From: Oikopleura dioica
Lineage: Eukaryota > Animalia > Chordata
DNA: 64,000 bases
Assembly: GCA_907165135.1 (NCBI GenBank)
Contig: OU015567.1
Location: 16,058,001 to 16,122,000, forward strand
Direction of reading: 5' to 3'
Shown here piece by piece: positions 47,301 through 58,032 of this stretch (within the stretch, counting starts at the first letter, position 1; every line of letters starts with the position of its first letter). The translations under genes were made by a program, and so were the position numbers. Under the pieces are notes generated by a model, which was given only the letters and a program-made list of their open reading frames with translations, ran no database searches and was not told the DNA's origin.

Positions 47301-48939
47301 CAAAAAGACTTTGCGCACTCTCCTTAGAGCAAGGAATTTTAAGATTTCTTATAGCCTGAATTTTATCTGTTGAAGGAGAAATATTACCCTGAGAAATATA
47401 ATAGCCACAAAATGTCACCGACCTTGTAAAAAATGAAGCTTTTCGAGAGTTTATCCTAAGATTATTCGCATCAAGAATATGAAAAAACTTTTTGAGGTTC
47501 AATAAATGCTCTTGTTCTGTTTTACTATGAATAAGAATATCGTCCATGTACGGTAAAATTTCGGTTTTATCTACACCTTTAAGTGCCTGATCAATTACTC
47601 TCATAAAAAAACTTGGTGCATTTCGACAGCCCATTGGCATGCGTAAAAATCTGAATTGACCGAACTCGTTCGAAAATGCCGTTTTGTCTTTTGACTCTTC
47701 TGTTAAAGCGATCTGATGAAACCCCTTTATAAGGTCTATCGAAGAAAAAATAGTACTTTTATCTAAATACGACAACGAATCCTCTAGATTTGGCAGGGGA
47801 TAGTGCATCTGAATAGTCACATCATTCAATTTTCTGAAATCAATGACTAGACGAAATCGTCCATCTTTTTTTCTAACAAGAATACTCGGACTATTCCAGG
47901 GGCTCGAACATCGCTCTATAAATTTATTACCCATAAATTTATCCAAAAGATCTCTTAAGACATTCCGCAAGCTAAAAGGAGTTCTAAACGGGGCCGAAGA
48001 AATCGGAAAGTCTGTATCTGTGTCTATAGAAAATTTTTCAATCGTACATTCTGGAAGCGAGTCATCCTCGTCCAACATAAGATGTGCAAAATCATCTAAA
48101 AGAGCGTCAAAATCAATTTTTATTTTTGAAGAGTGAATATTACCGACGGAAATATTTTTGAGGTTTTTATGCTTTATGTTTTTTATTCTCGCTATTTCAA
48201 CGATTTCATGTAATTTAACAAAAACTGTACCCGCGGGAATTCTGATGATTGTATCTGTTGGATTTATAATAAGGAGACGAAATTTTGGGCAGTTCTTATC
48301 GACAACTTGGAAGCTTGGAATAAGCTGCAATTTAGAATTTCCTAAATTAGATTGATCAAATGAAAGACTTTTCGATTTTTCAAGATCTTTGATTTTCAAA
48401 TCAATTATACATTCTGATTTAGGCCTAAAAGAAAGATTATCGGTAGAAAAAGCATCATATTCACGATCCTTTCTTTTGTCCTCGTTGTTTTCAAAATTTT
48501 CGTTTGTTTTAATTTGATTAAGTTTTGCAAACCGTTCAATTGGTCCGGACTGAATTATTTTACGACGGTGAAGGTTTATCATTATCTCATTATCTTGAAT
48601 AGCCGGTACTCCCAAAATAGGGCTCAAATTGTCAGGAACAACGTAAAATTCTGATTTTCCCCAATTTACATTTTCAATAATAATATCTGCTTCGACCTTT
48701 CCCAAAATATCAATTTGTCCGCCGGAATAATTTACCGCTTCAGTTTTTGTTTTTTGTATTTTTATGTTTTTTGGTATATTTTTCTTACAAATGCAATTTA
48801 ATTGTGAACCAGTATCTAATAAAAATCGAACAGGTGAATAAAAAATATTTACAGTTACATAAAATTGTTCGCCGATTTTATTAATAGAGATTTTTGGAAC
48901 GGATATTTGACCAGAATTCGTTCCAAAATTTAGTTTTTT
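44361..48939 (-). pseudogene. pol: B1 Pol with one frameshift (~45815) and one in-frame stop (~45720)
   Basis: ORFs 45784-48705 and 44361-45683. The protease LLDTGS lies upstream of 48705 in the same open frame. YMDD, ETDAS, integrase core and C-terminal SAP/HeH-like repeats present. Confidence 0.9.
48892..48939 (-). promoter_or_regulatory. -1 ribosomal frameshift signal (B1)
   Basis: A_AAA_AAC TAA then a 10-bp stem TTTTGGAACG/CGTTCCAAAA. Confidence 0.85.
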
Positions 48940-49996
48940 GACTGATCTTGGGTGTTATTTTCCCGTCGTTTCAAGCAATTTCGCCCGATATGACCAAAAC
49001 CCTGACACTCGTAGCATTTTATTTTGGGGCACCTCGGCTTAACATGACCCCATTGTTGGCAATTTCGGCAAAAAGGGACCGCTTGGGGAGGCTGCTGGAA
49101 TCTGTACGGAAACGGCGGAATAAAATTTGCTGAGGCCGGCGGGTTAGCAGGCCTAGTAATTTCCTCATTTTTGACCTTCTTTTCGAGCTCTATTTTTGCT
49201 ACAGTCGCTGTTAATTGTTTTATCTGTTCAAGAAGCTCAGAATTTTTTCGCTCATAATTTGACTCCATCTGAGTCAATTTTGAATCCAAAAGTTCGCTCG
49301 TTCGATCAACAAAGGACGCAAGATTTGCTGACTCGATCGAGGAAACATTCACACTCAAAAACCGCTCCCGTGAGTCCAAAAATGTGGCAATTTCCTGAGC
49401 ACTCTTTTTACTGACACCATGATCACGTAAAAACGACTTGTTCGCTGGCTCAAGGCTTTTCATAAAGTGAGCATTAATAATAAAGTCTCTTGCATCTTGT
49501 TTATCAGAAATAAGCTCTTGACGGTTTTAATTCTTGTCAAAAATGACGAAAACTTCTCATTCATTTCCGATCTTCGACAAAGATTTTCGAGTTCGACTCC
49601 CGCCCGCTCTCGCTTTTCATCCTCAGACTCACTTCCGAAAACAGATTCCAGAAAATCAAAAACTTCATCCATATTTTCGAAATTTGCCATTTCCCGCCCA
49701 TAATTATTCATAAATTCGTGTGAGCAATTATTGCGAATGCAGTCTACGACTTGTCTGTCAAAAGCTTTTTCTAAATTATTACGGTCAGACTCTCGATTGT
49801 GATCCTTAATACTTTTGTCGAAAATTTTTCGCATCGCGGATATTTTGTCGCTCAAATTATTCTTAGAAATTGTAAATTCATACGACAGCATATTAGGCCG
49901 AAAAAATTGACGAGAATTGAGGGAAGGAAAAGTGGCAAAAAGTAATTCTTCGGGCATTTTATTTACCTTGAAGTTGGAGTCTTGCGTGTTCACCAT
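48930..49996 (-). pseudogene. gag: B1 Gag with a 1-nt deletion near 49520
   Basis: ORFs 49460-49996 and 48930-49463 join into a Gag homologous to B2, with two CCHC knuckles. Confidence 0.9.
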
Positions 49997-51023
49997 GATA
50001 CCGTTTTGCTGCTCAAATGCTCTCTAAGCTAGAATCTTGCAAAGAATGACGCCAAAATTTCAAAACGTGGCTGTATTATTTTGAGTATGGAGAGAGTGAT
50101 TTTTCAAATTTTCAAATTTTAATTTCGCGTTTCGCGCAGGTGCTATTCTTTCCAAATAAGGCGCAGCGCATTTCGCGCCGATGTTTTTCTTTCCAAATAA
50201 GGTGCAGCGCTTTCGCGCATTTGTTTTTCTTCGTTGATTTCGATTTCGGTCCAACAGCCACGTGCGCTCAAATTTTATCGCAAGAAATAAATCATATCAA
50301 AAAGTTCAACTTCCCACTATGTGGCCGTATCCCTTTTTGATAGAATTTAATGAATTTTTATCAATACTTTTCCAAAGCCAGTTCCAATAATCGTTGTCAG
50401 TCCATTGCGTAGTCGTCGTTGTTGTCAGAGAAGTCGCCGCCATTGTTGAAGCTGCAATTCTGTCGGTTTGAGGAGAGTGGTCAGCTTTCCTAAAGCGAGC
50501 CAGAAAGGTGTTCAATCAATATTGCCTACCTAGGAGCACTTACAGACAGCGCCATCCCGAGGAGCACGGGGTCACACTGTCAAGCCGCTTAAAGCGGAAC
50601 TCAGCTAGAGGATGAAATTCATGCAACAGCTCCGTCGAAGTAGTAAAAAGCCAATTGATTTTTATCGTCAAGAAGAATTGCCATCATCGTTTTGAAGACA
50701 TAGAAGAGTCAGCTTGATTCATCAATAATAATTACCAGTTAATAAATTAAACAAAAGAAGTAGTGAGCACTAGAAAGAGTTTAAATAAAGAACCGCCGAA
50801 ACGGGTGGCTAATGTGCCTTTGAATTGTGAAATAACGCGTACGTTATGAGGGAAAGATAGAGATTTATGAATTCATGCAAGCATCCGAGATTTGGCTCCG
50901 AAAATCGTCGGAAATTATATCTGTGAAATTCATGCCTAATCAACCTAATTGGCGAAAATATTTATGTGACTGGGATATTCAATTTTTCATTTTTTTCTTG
51001 TGTTCTTTCCTCTATTCGTATCA
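49996..51023 (-). repeat. B1 5' LTR
   Basis: Direct repeat of 43271-44298. Confidence 0.95.
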
Positions 51024-52362
51024 CTGATGCGTTTTTCGGCGTTTTCAGATGATTTTTAGTTCATGAAAATCAAAAAAAAATCAAGAAAAATTCTGATGCG
51101 TTTTTTTGCGTTTTCAGATGATTTTCAGGTCATAAAAAAAAATCAAAAAAAATTTTATGCGTTTTTTGGCGTTTTCAGATGATTATCAGGTCATAAAAAT
51201 CAAAATAAAATCGAGGAAAATTCTGATGCGTTTTTTGGCGTTTTCAGATGATTTTCAGGTCATGAAAATAAAGAAAAAATCAAGGAAAATTCTGATGCGT
51301 TTTTTGGCGTTTTCAGATGAAATCTAGGTCATAAAAATCAAAAAATAAAATCAAAAAAAATTCTGATGCGTTCTCTGACGTTTTCAGATGATTTTCAGGT
51401 CATAAAAATCAAAAAATCAAGAAAAATTCTGATGCGTTTTTTGGCGTTTTCAGATGATTTTTGGTCATAAAAATCAAACAAAAATCAACAAAAATTCTGA
51501 TGCGTTTTTTGGCGTTTTCAGATGATTTTCAGGTCATGAAAATAAAGAAAAAATCAAGAAAAATTCTGATGCGTTTTTTGGCGTTTTCAGATGAAATTCA
51601 GGTCATAAAAATAAAAAAAAACAAAAAAAATTCTGATGCGTTTTTTGGCGTTTTAAGATGATTTTCAATTCATAAATTTCAAAAAAAATCAAGAAAAATT
51701 CTGATGCGTTTTTTGGCGTTTTCAGATGATTTTCAGGTCATAAAAATCAAAGAAAAAAATCAAGAAAAATTTTGAAGCGTTTTTTGGCGTTTTCAGATGA
51801 TTTTAAGGTCATAAAAATCAAAAAAAAATCAAGAAAAATTCTGATGCGTTTTTTGGCGTTTTCAGATGATTTTCAGGCCATAAAAATCAAAACAAAATCA
51901 AGAAAAATTCTGATGCGTTTTTTGGCGTTTTTAGATGATTTTCAGTTCATAAAAATCATAAAATAATCAAGAAAAATTCTGATGCGTTTTTAAGCGTTTT
52001 CAGATGATTTTCAATGCATAAAAATCAAAAAAAATATCAAGAAATATTCTGATGCGTTTTTTGTCGTTTTCAGATGATTTTCAGTTCAAAAAAATCATAA
52101 AAAAATCAAGAAAAATTCTGATGCGTTTTTTGGCGTTTTCAAGTTATTTTCTGGTCATAAAAATCATAAAAAAATCAAGAATAATTCTGATGCGTTTTTT
52201 GGCGTTTTCAGATGATTTTCAGTTCATTAAAACCAAAAAAAAAAAACAAAAAATATTCTGATGCGTTTTTTTGCGTTTTCAGATGATTTTCAGGCCATAA
52301 AAAGAAAAAAAAAAATCAAGGAAAATTCTGATGCGTTTTTTGGCGTTTTCAGATGATTTTCA
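51024..52362 (+). repeat. ~69-bp satellite array, segment 6
   Basis: Same monomer. Confidence 0.97.
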
Positions 52363-53369
52363 TGATACCGTTGGATTGAAACTCTTTTAAATAAATAACT
52401 CTAGCTCTGACTCTGCAAAATCTGCAAGAAATTTAACACAAAATTCGGCGGTGTTACGGTTATATTGAGTATGAAGAGAATGAGGCAGAAATGAAAATTT
52501 TTCAAATTTCGCAGCGCGCGCAGCTGCAGCGAATTTCCAAGCGTGTTTTTCTTTCCAAATAAGGAGACGCGCGAATTGTTTTTCTCGTTGTTTTCAAATT
52601 TTCGTTTCACCATTTTTACGTAACCGCCACCGCCAAGAGAGTTCATTTTAGAAAATCAAATTTCTCACTATGTGACCCAGATCATTTCTAAAATAAACCC
52701 TCTTTATTTTCGTTTTCGTCTATCAAAAAGCAAGTCCAGTAAGCAAGTCCATAGTCGTTTCCGTTGCGTTTGTCGTCGTCGTTGTAGTAGTAGTCGTAAT
52801 CGTAAAAGCCGTCGCCGCTGCCAAAGTCGTCAGCACAGTGCATTCCGTCGTTATTGTAGAAGATGGCCAGTCGTTCTAAATCGAGCCAGAAAGGAGTTTT
52901 GACAACTTTGCCTACCTAGGAGCAGTTACTGATACCGCCATCCCGCGGTGCACGGGGTCACAGTATCAAGCCTCAAAGAGGAACTCGGCTAGGGGTTGAA
53001 TCCATCAAGCAGCAGCAAATCGTAAAAACCTGTTGAGCTATTGAAATCAAGGAGAAAAATATCAGAAATAGTAAATAAGGAGATGAGTTGTGATTTTCAT
53101 GCAACCTAAAAGTGTGAGAGAAAAACGCCCAAGGGGCGGTGGCTAATGTGCCTTCAGGGAATGAAATTACGCGTACGTAACAGAGAACTACAGTCATGTC
53201 TGACTCAGATTGACCTTCTACAATTTTTTCTTTTGAATTTGCGATAAGGCTCAATATCGCTTTTAAATGTATGTGATTTTCATGCACATAATCAACCAAA
53301 TTGGCGCAAATGGACCGTGAGTTTTTCGATTCAATTTTTATTTTTTGTGTTCTTTCCTTATCGTTATCA
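52363..53369 (-). repeat. B2 3' LTR
   Basis: Direct repeat of 59195-60201. Confidence 0.95.
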
Positions 53370-53424
53370 GTATGACCCTACCAGGGTATCTTTTATCTTT
53401 TTGAGCTTCTTTTGAGGAATAGAA

Positions 53425-56400
53425 CTATTGAATCTGAGCTGAAGGCCCAAAAATAAGAATGTTTTGCTTTCGCGGATGATTTGGGTAAGTTCTGAGGAAA
53501 TATTCATTTATCAATTCAGTAAGAACAGTTTTATTTTTTGCTTTAAAATCGGTTATACCAAACTGTGCACAAAGGACCTTTAGCTCGGGTTTTGACAATT
53601 CAAAAAGAGTTTTCTCCTCTTTCAAATCAAGTATCGAAAAGAAAAGCAACTCTCCTGATTTGCTTTTACGCCAATTTGGGTGATTTTTTGAAAATGATTC
53701 TCTTATTTTAATCCTAATATCGCTAGCGCTATCTGTATGTTCCGCTATTTCAATGTCAAATTTGAAGCAGATGAATTTGAGAGTATCTTTACTTAATTCG
53801 CCTAATTTTAATACACAACATTTTTCAATCATCATGTCAGCCTCTATAATTTTATATTGATCATCAAGTTTCTCGAAAAAATGCCGATTGTCATCCTCAA
53901 ATTTAAAATCCAACATATTTCCGCCAAAATCAAGCCTACGTTTCACCCTGTCCAAATTTTCTGGGTTATAATTAGCATGAATTCTCGGTGTAATCAGATT
54001 AGGGTCTAATAAATTATCTATTTCCGCTGAATCTAAATTTGGCATTTTATTCTGGGGAAGAGAATCTTTTGAGGCCTCCCGCTCGCGTTTTCTATTCTGA
54101 GAAATGTCAAGTTTATCATAAGAAGTCAAATTTTGGGGCTGATTTAAATTTGACCCGAGAATTGTTTCCGGCTCGGAGTCTGAATCGTCGAGCGTTACCT
54201 CGAAGCTCGGATTTGTCACATACTCAAATTCCGACCCTGAAACACTCTCATCATCTGATTTTTCGTTGAATAGAACCTGTCTCTCCGTATCCTCACAAGA
54301 ATTTTCAGCCGCGATGACACTCTGAAAAGAAAGCGACTCTTCCTCCTCAGAATCAGAAGAAGTTTCGCTTACATTTTCATGTAACAATTGCACAAAAAAT
54401 GTCTCGAATATTGAATCGACTACTCTGTTAGTCAATTTTTCTTCTAAAATTTCAAGCTTTTTCTCAATTTCAGTTTCCCTAACCTCAGAATAAGCGTTCA
54501 TTATGGGCTCAATTTGGCAAAAATTACGTTCCTCATAAAAAATAGGGCTTCGTATTTCCGGCAAAATATCACAAATTTCATCTTGCGTATCGATAAGAAT
54601 TTTTTCATCATTATCAATCGGTCTCATATTGAATTTTCTTATGTGGTCCGCATGTCTCCGATAACTTTTGTCCCCTGATTTTACAGTATACCACGTTCCT
54701 GCGTTCGATTTTGATAAAATTGTGAAAGGGCCAATAAACGAAGGTTTTTTACTCTCAAAATTTTTGATTAGTACTGATTCTCCTAATTTATATTCAATAA
54801 ATTTTGGATTCGAAAATTTATCGAGTCGTTTAGCTTTTTCGCCGTCCAAATCGGATCTGATTTTTTCAAAATCAATTTTTATCTGTAGATCATAATCCCT
54901 CCAATTTGAGTCAACAAGATTATGTGGATTTTTAGCTCCGGTTTGCACTGTGAAAGGGGCTAATTTAGTGACGCTGTGAACGGCAGTATTTAAATCGTGA
55001 ACTATTTCAAAAAGATAATTATCCCAATTTTGATAATTACACTTTGCCCTCAATCTACTTTTAAGGCTTCTGTTAAAATTTTCCACCTGACCATTAGACT
55101 GTGGATGTCTTGGCGGGGTAAAGTGGGGCTCAATGTTATTTTCCGTCATGAATTTCGCGATCTCAGAGTGCTCTCGTGCATTATCAAGGACAACCATTCG
55201 TGGGAAATAAGGATTACGAAAAATAACGCTTTTAAATTTGTCAAGCAATCCTAGAGAATTACGATTTTGAAGTGGTTCGCAGTACGCAAACTTTGAGAAA
55301 AAATCTATGATGACCATCACATGCTTATTTCCTGAGTCGGTTGGTGGGAGGGTTATCAAATCGAAGCCTAGAACCTGATAGGGGCTTTCGGGTGTTTTAA
55401 AGGTCAAAATCGGCGCTCTATTAGGGTGAAAATTTGGCTTATCCTTCTGACAAAATTCACATGACTTTATAAAATCGCGAATGGCTTTATTCATTCTCGG
55501 CCAAATATACTTTGTTGCAATTTTTAAAAATGTCTGGTCTGTCCCAGCATGTGCATAAGAGTGATATTCCTCGATGATATCATTTTCAAGATTTTTGGGG
55601 ACGCAAAAACGTTTATTTCCTTCCTTATCAACTAGAATAAGTTCACCGGTTTCTAATATTTTAAGGTCCTCTCTTAGCATTTTATAGAAAAAAATGTCTC
55701 CCTTTGGAGCATTGGGCCATCTGTCAATTCCAACGAATTTTCGAACGTCTCCAAGAATTTGATCTAATTTTTGTAATTCACAGAATTTTGAAGGAGAAAA
55801 TTTGATTTGATTAATTGAAAAATTTTCGACTTTGCATGAATTGTTTCGACTAAGAAAATCACTTATTTTCATCTTACTTGAAGGACGCTGAATAATTCTA
55901 AAGGAAAATCCTTGAATATCTGTCACCCACCTGGCTATTTTCTGGTTGTTGGTTCTTAGTGTTCTTATGAACTTAATATTGCCGTTATCAGTGATTAAGT
56001 CGAATTCACGAAATGATAGATAAATTGCCCATTTTTCCATGCATAATTTGGCGCTAAGCAACTCTTTTTCAATTATCGTATATCTCGCTTGTGCATCGGA
56101 AAAATTTCCGCTATTATAACAAACAGGTGCCAGACAGTCTGAATCGTGCATGTGATTTTCCCCGCAAAACCCTCGCTCGCAAATGTACAAAACCCCTCCG
56201 TATCCCTTATCGGATGCATCTGTTTCAAGGACATATTTTACTTCATCTGTTGGGGGGATTTTTAACTCTATAGCATTATTACAAATTTTTTCTTTCAAAA
56301 TTTCAAGGGCTTCTGAGGCTTCAGCCGACCATAAAAATCCTGATCTATAAGTTTTTGTTATGGGCAGAGCAATCGACGCAAAATTTTTAATAAATCGTCT

Positions 56401-58032
56401 GTGATAGTTAAGAGCCCCAAAAAGACTTTGTGCCTGTTCTCTCGATTTCGGTATACAAAGATTTTTAATTGCTTGAATCCTATCCAAAGACGGGGAAATT
56501 TTACCGTTAAAAATATCATATCCACAAAAACTTACTTTTTCCATAAAAAAATCTGCTTTTTTGCAATTTATTCGTAAATTGTTGGCCGCCAAAACAAGAA
56601 AAAGCTTATTTAGATTTTCAACATGTTCCTCTTCTGTTTTAGAATGGACTAAAAGATCATCCATATAAGCTATTACCTCAGTCTTTTTAATACCCGCTAA
56701 ACATTTGTCCATTATTCTCATGAAAAAATTAGGGCTGTTTTTGCAACCCATGGGCATTCGTAAAAATTGAAATTGGCCAAATTCACAACTAAACGCTGTC
56801 TTTTGTTTCGAGTCCTCGTCAATGGCCAATTGATGAAACCCCTTAAGCATATCTAAGCTACTAAAAATACGGCTTTTGCTAAGATAAGAAATACTATCCT
56901 CAAGATTGGGAAGAGGATGATGGGTTTGAAGAGTGACATCGTTTATACGCCTAAAATCAACTACAAGTCTAAATTTTCCGTTTTTCTTTCTTACAAGCAG
57001 ACAAGGGCTATTCCAGGGGCTAGAACAGGGCTCTATTATTTTATTCTTAATTTTATTATCTAGAATCGACCGAAATTCCTCCCTTATTCCGAAGGGAGTT
57101 CTGTACGGATGCGAGGAAATAGGTGCCGATGACCCAGTATCAATTGAAAATTTTTCAAGTGAGCATTCTGGCAAGGGATCGTCATCATCAAGAAAAAGAA
57201 AAGAAAACGAATCATCTACAAGCGAATAAAATTTCTTTTTTACTTTTGGAGATCTTATTTTTCCTACATTAATATTCTGCACTTTTGAAGCTTTAATTTT
57301 ATTAATTCGAGCGACTTCAGCCACCTCGAAAAGTTTAACGAAAGTTGTTCCGGGGTGAATTTTTATTGACGATTCCGTTGGGTTTACTACTAACGCTCTA
57401 AATATTGGGGCTTCTGGGGTAATTGTTTGAAAACTCGGTATCAATTGTAATTTTGACTCGCCAAGATTAGAATTTTCGAAAAACAAATTACGCGACTTAT
57501 CAATCCCAGGGACATGAAGGTCTATAAGCATTTCCGATCGGGGCCTAAATGTTATCGTTTCGGTCGAAATCGCGTCGAAAAAATCTGTTTTTTCCTCAGC
57601 TCCCACTTGATTTATGGAACAAAACCGATCAATCGGGCCTGCTTTAATCAATTTTCTTCTGTAAAGATTAATCAAAATTTCGTTTTCTTCTAAAGCAGGG
57701 GCCCCTAAAATGGGGCTGAGCTCATCTGAGACAACATAAAATACGGATTTACCCCATGAGACGCCGTCAATAAAAATATCTGCTTCTATTTTGCCGTAGA
57801 TATGAATTTTACCACCTGAATAATTAAGAACTTCAATATTTGTTTTTATGATTTTTTTGTTTTTTGGTACATTTTTTTTACACAAAATATTTAATTGAGA
57901 ACCAGTATCAATTAAAAAGTGAACATTTTTATCAAAAACTTTTGCATTTATGTGAAATTGTTTTCCTATGGTATTTACAAAAAATTTCGGAACGGCAATT
58001 TGGCCAAAATTCGTCCCGCTTAGGAGTTTTTT
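53425..58032 (-). CDS. pol: B2 Pol, intact
   Basis: 1486-aa ORF 53425-57885 extends in frame, without stops, through protease FLIDTGS to the slippery site at 58026-58032. Confidence 0.94.
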   Translation of the reverse strand, partial: KKLLSGTNFGQIAVPKFFVNTIGKQFHINAKVFDKNVHFLIDTGSQLNILCKKNVPKNKKIIKTNIEVLNYSGGKIHIYGKIEADIFIDGVSWGKSVFYVVSDELSPILGAPALEENEILINLYRRKLIKAGPIDRFCSINQVGAEEKTDFFDAISTETITFRPRSEMLIDLHVPGIDKSRNLFFENSNLGESKLQLIPSFQTITPEAPIFRALVVNPTESSIKIHPGTTFVKLFEVAEVARINKIKASKVQNINVGKIRSPKVKKKFYSLVDDSFSFLFLDDDDPLPECSLEKFSIDTGSSAPISSHPYRTPFGIREEFRSILDNKIKNKIIEPCSSPWNSPCLLVRKKNGKFRLVVDFRRINDVTLQTHHPLPNLEDSISYLSKSRIFSSLDMLKGFHQLAIDEDSKQKTAFSCEFGQFQFLRMPMGCKNSPNFFMRIMDKCLAGIKKTEVIAYMDDLLVHSKTEEEHVENLNKLFLVLAANNLRINCKKADFFMEKVSFCGYDIFNGKISPSLDRIQAIKNLCIPKSREQAQSLFGALNYHRRFIKNFASIALPITKTYRSGFLWSAEASEALEILKEKICNNAIELKIPPTDEVKYVLETDASDKGYGGVLYICERGFCGENHMHDSDCLAPVCYNSGNFSDAQARYTIIEKELLSAKLCMEKWAIYLSFREFDLITDNGNIKFIRTLRTNNQKIARWVTDIQGFSFRIIQRPSSKMKISDFLSRNNSCKVENFSINQIKFSPSKFCELQKLDQILGDVRKFVGIDRWPNAPKGDIFFYKMLREDLKILETGELILVDKEGNKRFCVPKNLENDIIEEYHSYAHAGTDQTFLKIATKYIWPRMNKAIRDFIKSCEFCQKDKPNFHPNRAPILTFKTPESPYQVLGFDLITLPPTDSGNKHVMVIIDFFSKFAYCEPLQNRNSLGLLDKFKSVIFRNPYFPRMVVLDNAREHSEIAKFMTENNIEPHFTPPRHPQSNGQVENFNRSLKSRLRAKCNYQNWDNYLFEIVHDLNTAVHSVTKLAPFTVQTGAKNPHNLVDSNWRDYDLQIKIDFEKIRSDLDGEKAKRLDKFSNPKFIEYKLGESVLIKNFESKKPSFIGPFTILSKSNAGTWYTVKSGDKSYRRHADHIRKFNMRPIDNDEKILIDTQDEICDILPEIRSPIFYEERNFCQIEPIMNAYSEVRETEIEKKLEILEEKLTNRVVDSIFETFFVQLLHENVSETSSDSEEEESLSFQSVIAAENSCEDTERQVLFNEKSDDESVSGSEFEYVTNPSFEVTLDDSDSEPETILGSNLNQPQNLTSYDKLDISQNRKREREASKDSLPQNKMPNLDSAEIDNLLDPNLITPRIHANYNPENLDRVKRRLDFGGNMLDFKFEDDNRHFFEKLDDQYKIIEADMMIEKCCVLKLGELSKDTLKFICFKFDIEIAEHTDSASDIRIKIRESFSKNHPNWRKSKSGELLFFSILDLKEEKTLFELSKPELKVLCAQFGITDFKAKNKTVLTELINEYFLRTYPNHPRKQNILIFGPSAQIQ
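57988..58032 (-). promoter_or_regulatory. -1 ribosomal frameshift signal (B2)
   Basis: A_AAA_AAC TCC TAA, 7-nt spacer, stem CGGGACG/CGTTCCG with inner AATTT/AAATT. Confidence 0.85.

Larger units (their letters stand above)
43271..51023 (-). mobile_element. Full-length Ty3/gypsy LTR retrotransposon, subfamily B1 (defective)
   Basis: LTRs 43271-44298 and 49996-51023 (1028 bp each); TSD CTGAT (43266-70 and 51024-28). Confidence 0.97.

Noticed and set aside
53425-54700. Chromodomain or env gene after integrase
   Set aside because: No chromodomain aromatic-cage pattern or signal peptide/TM ORF; pol ends about 50-110 bp before the 3' LTR.
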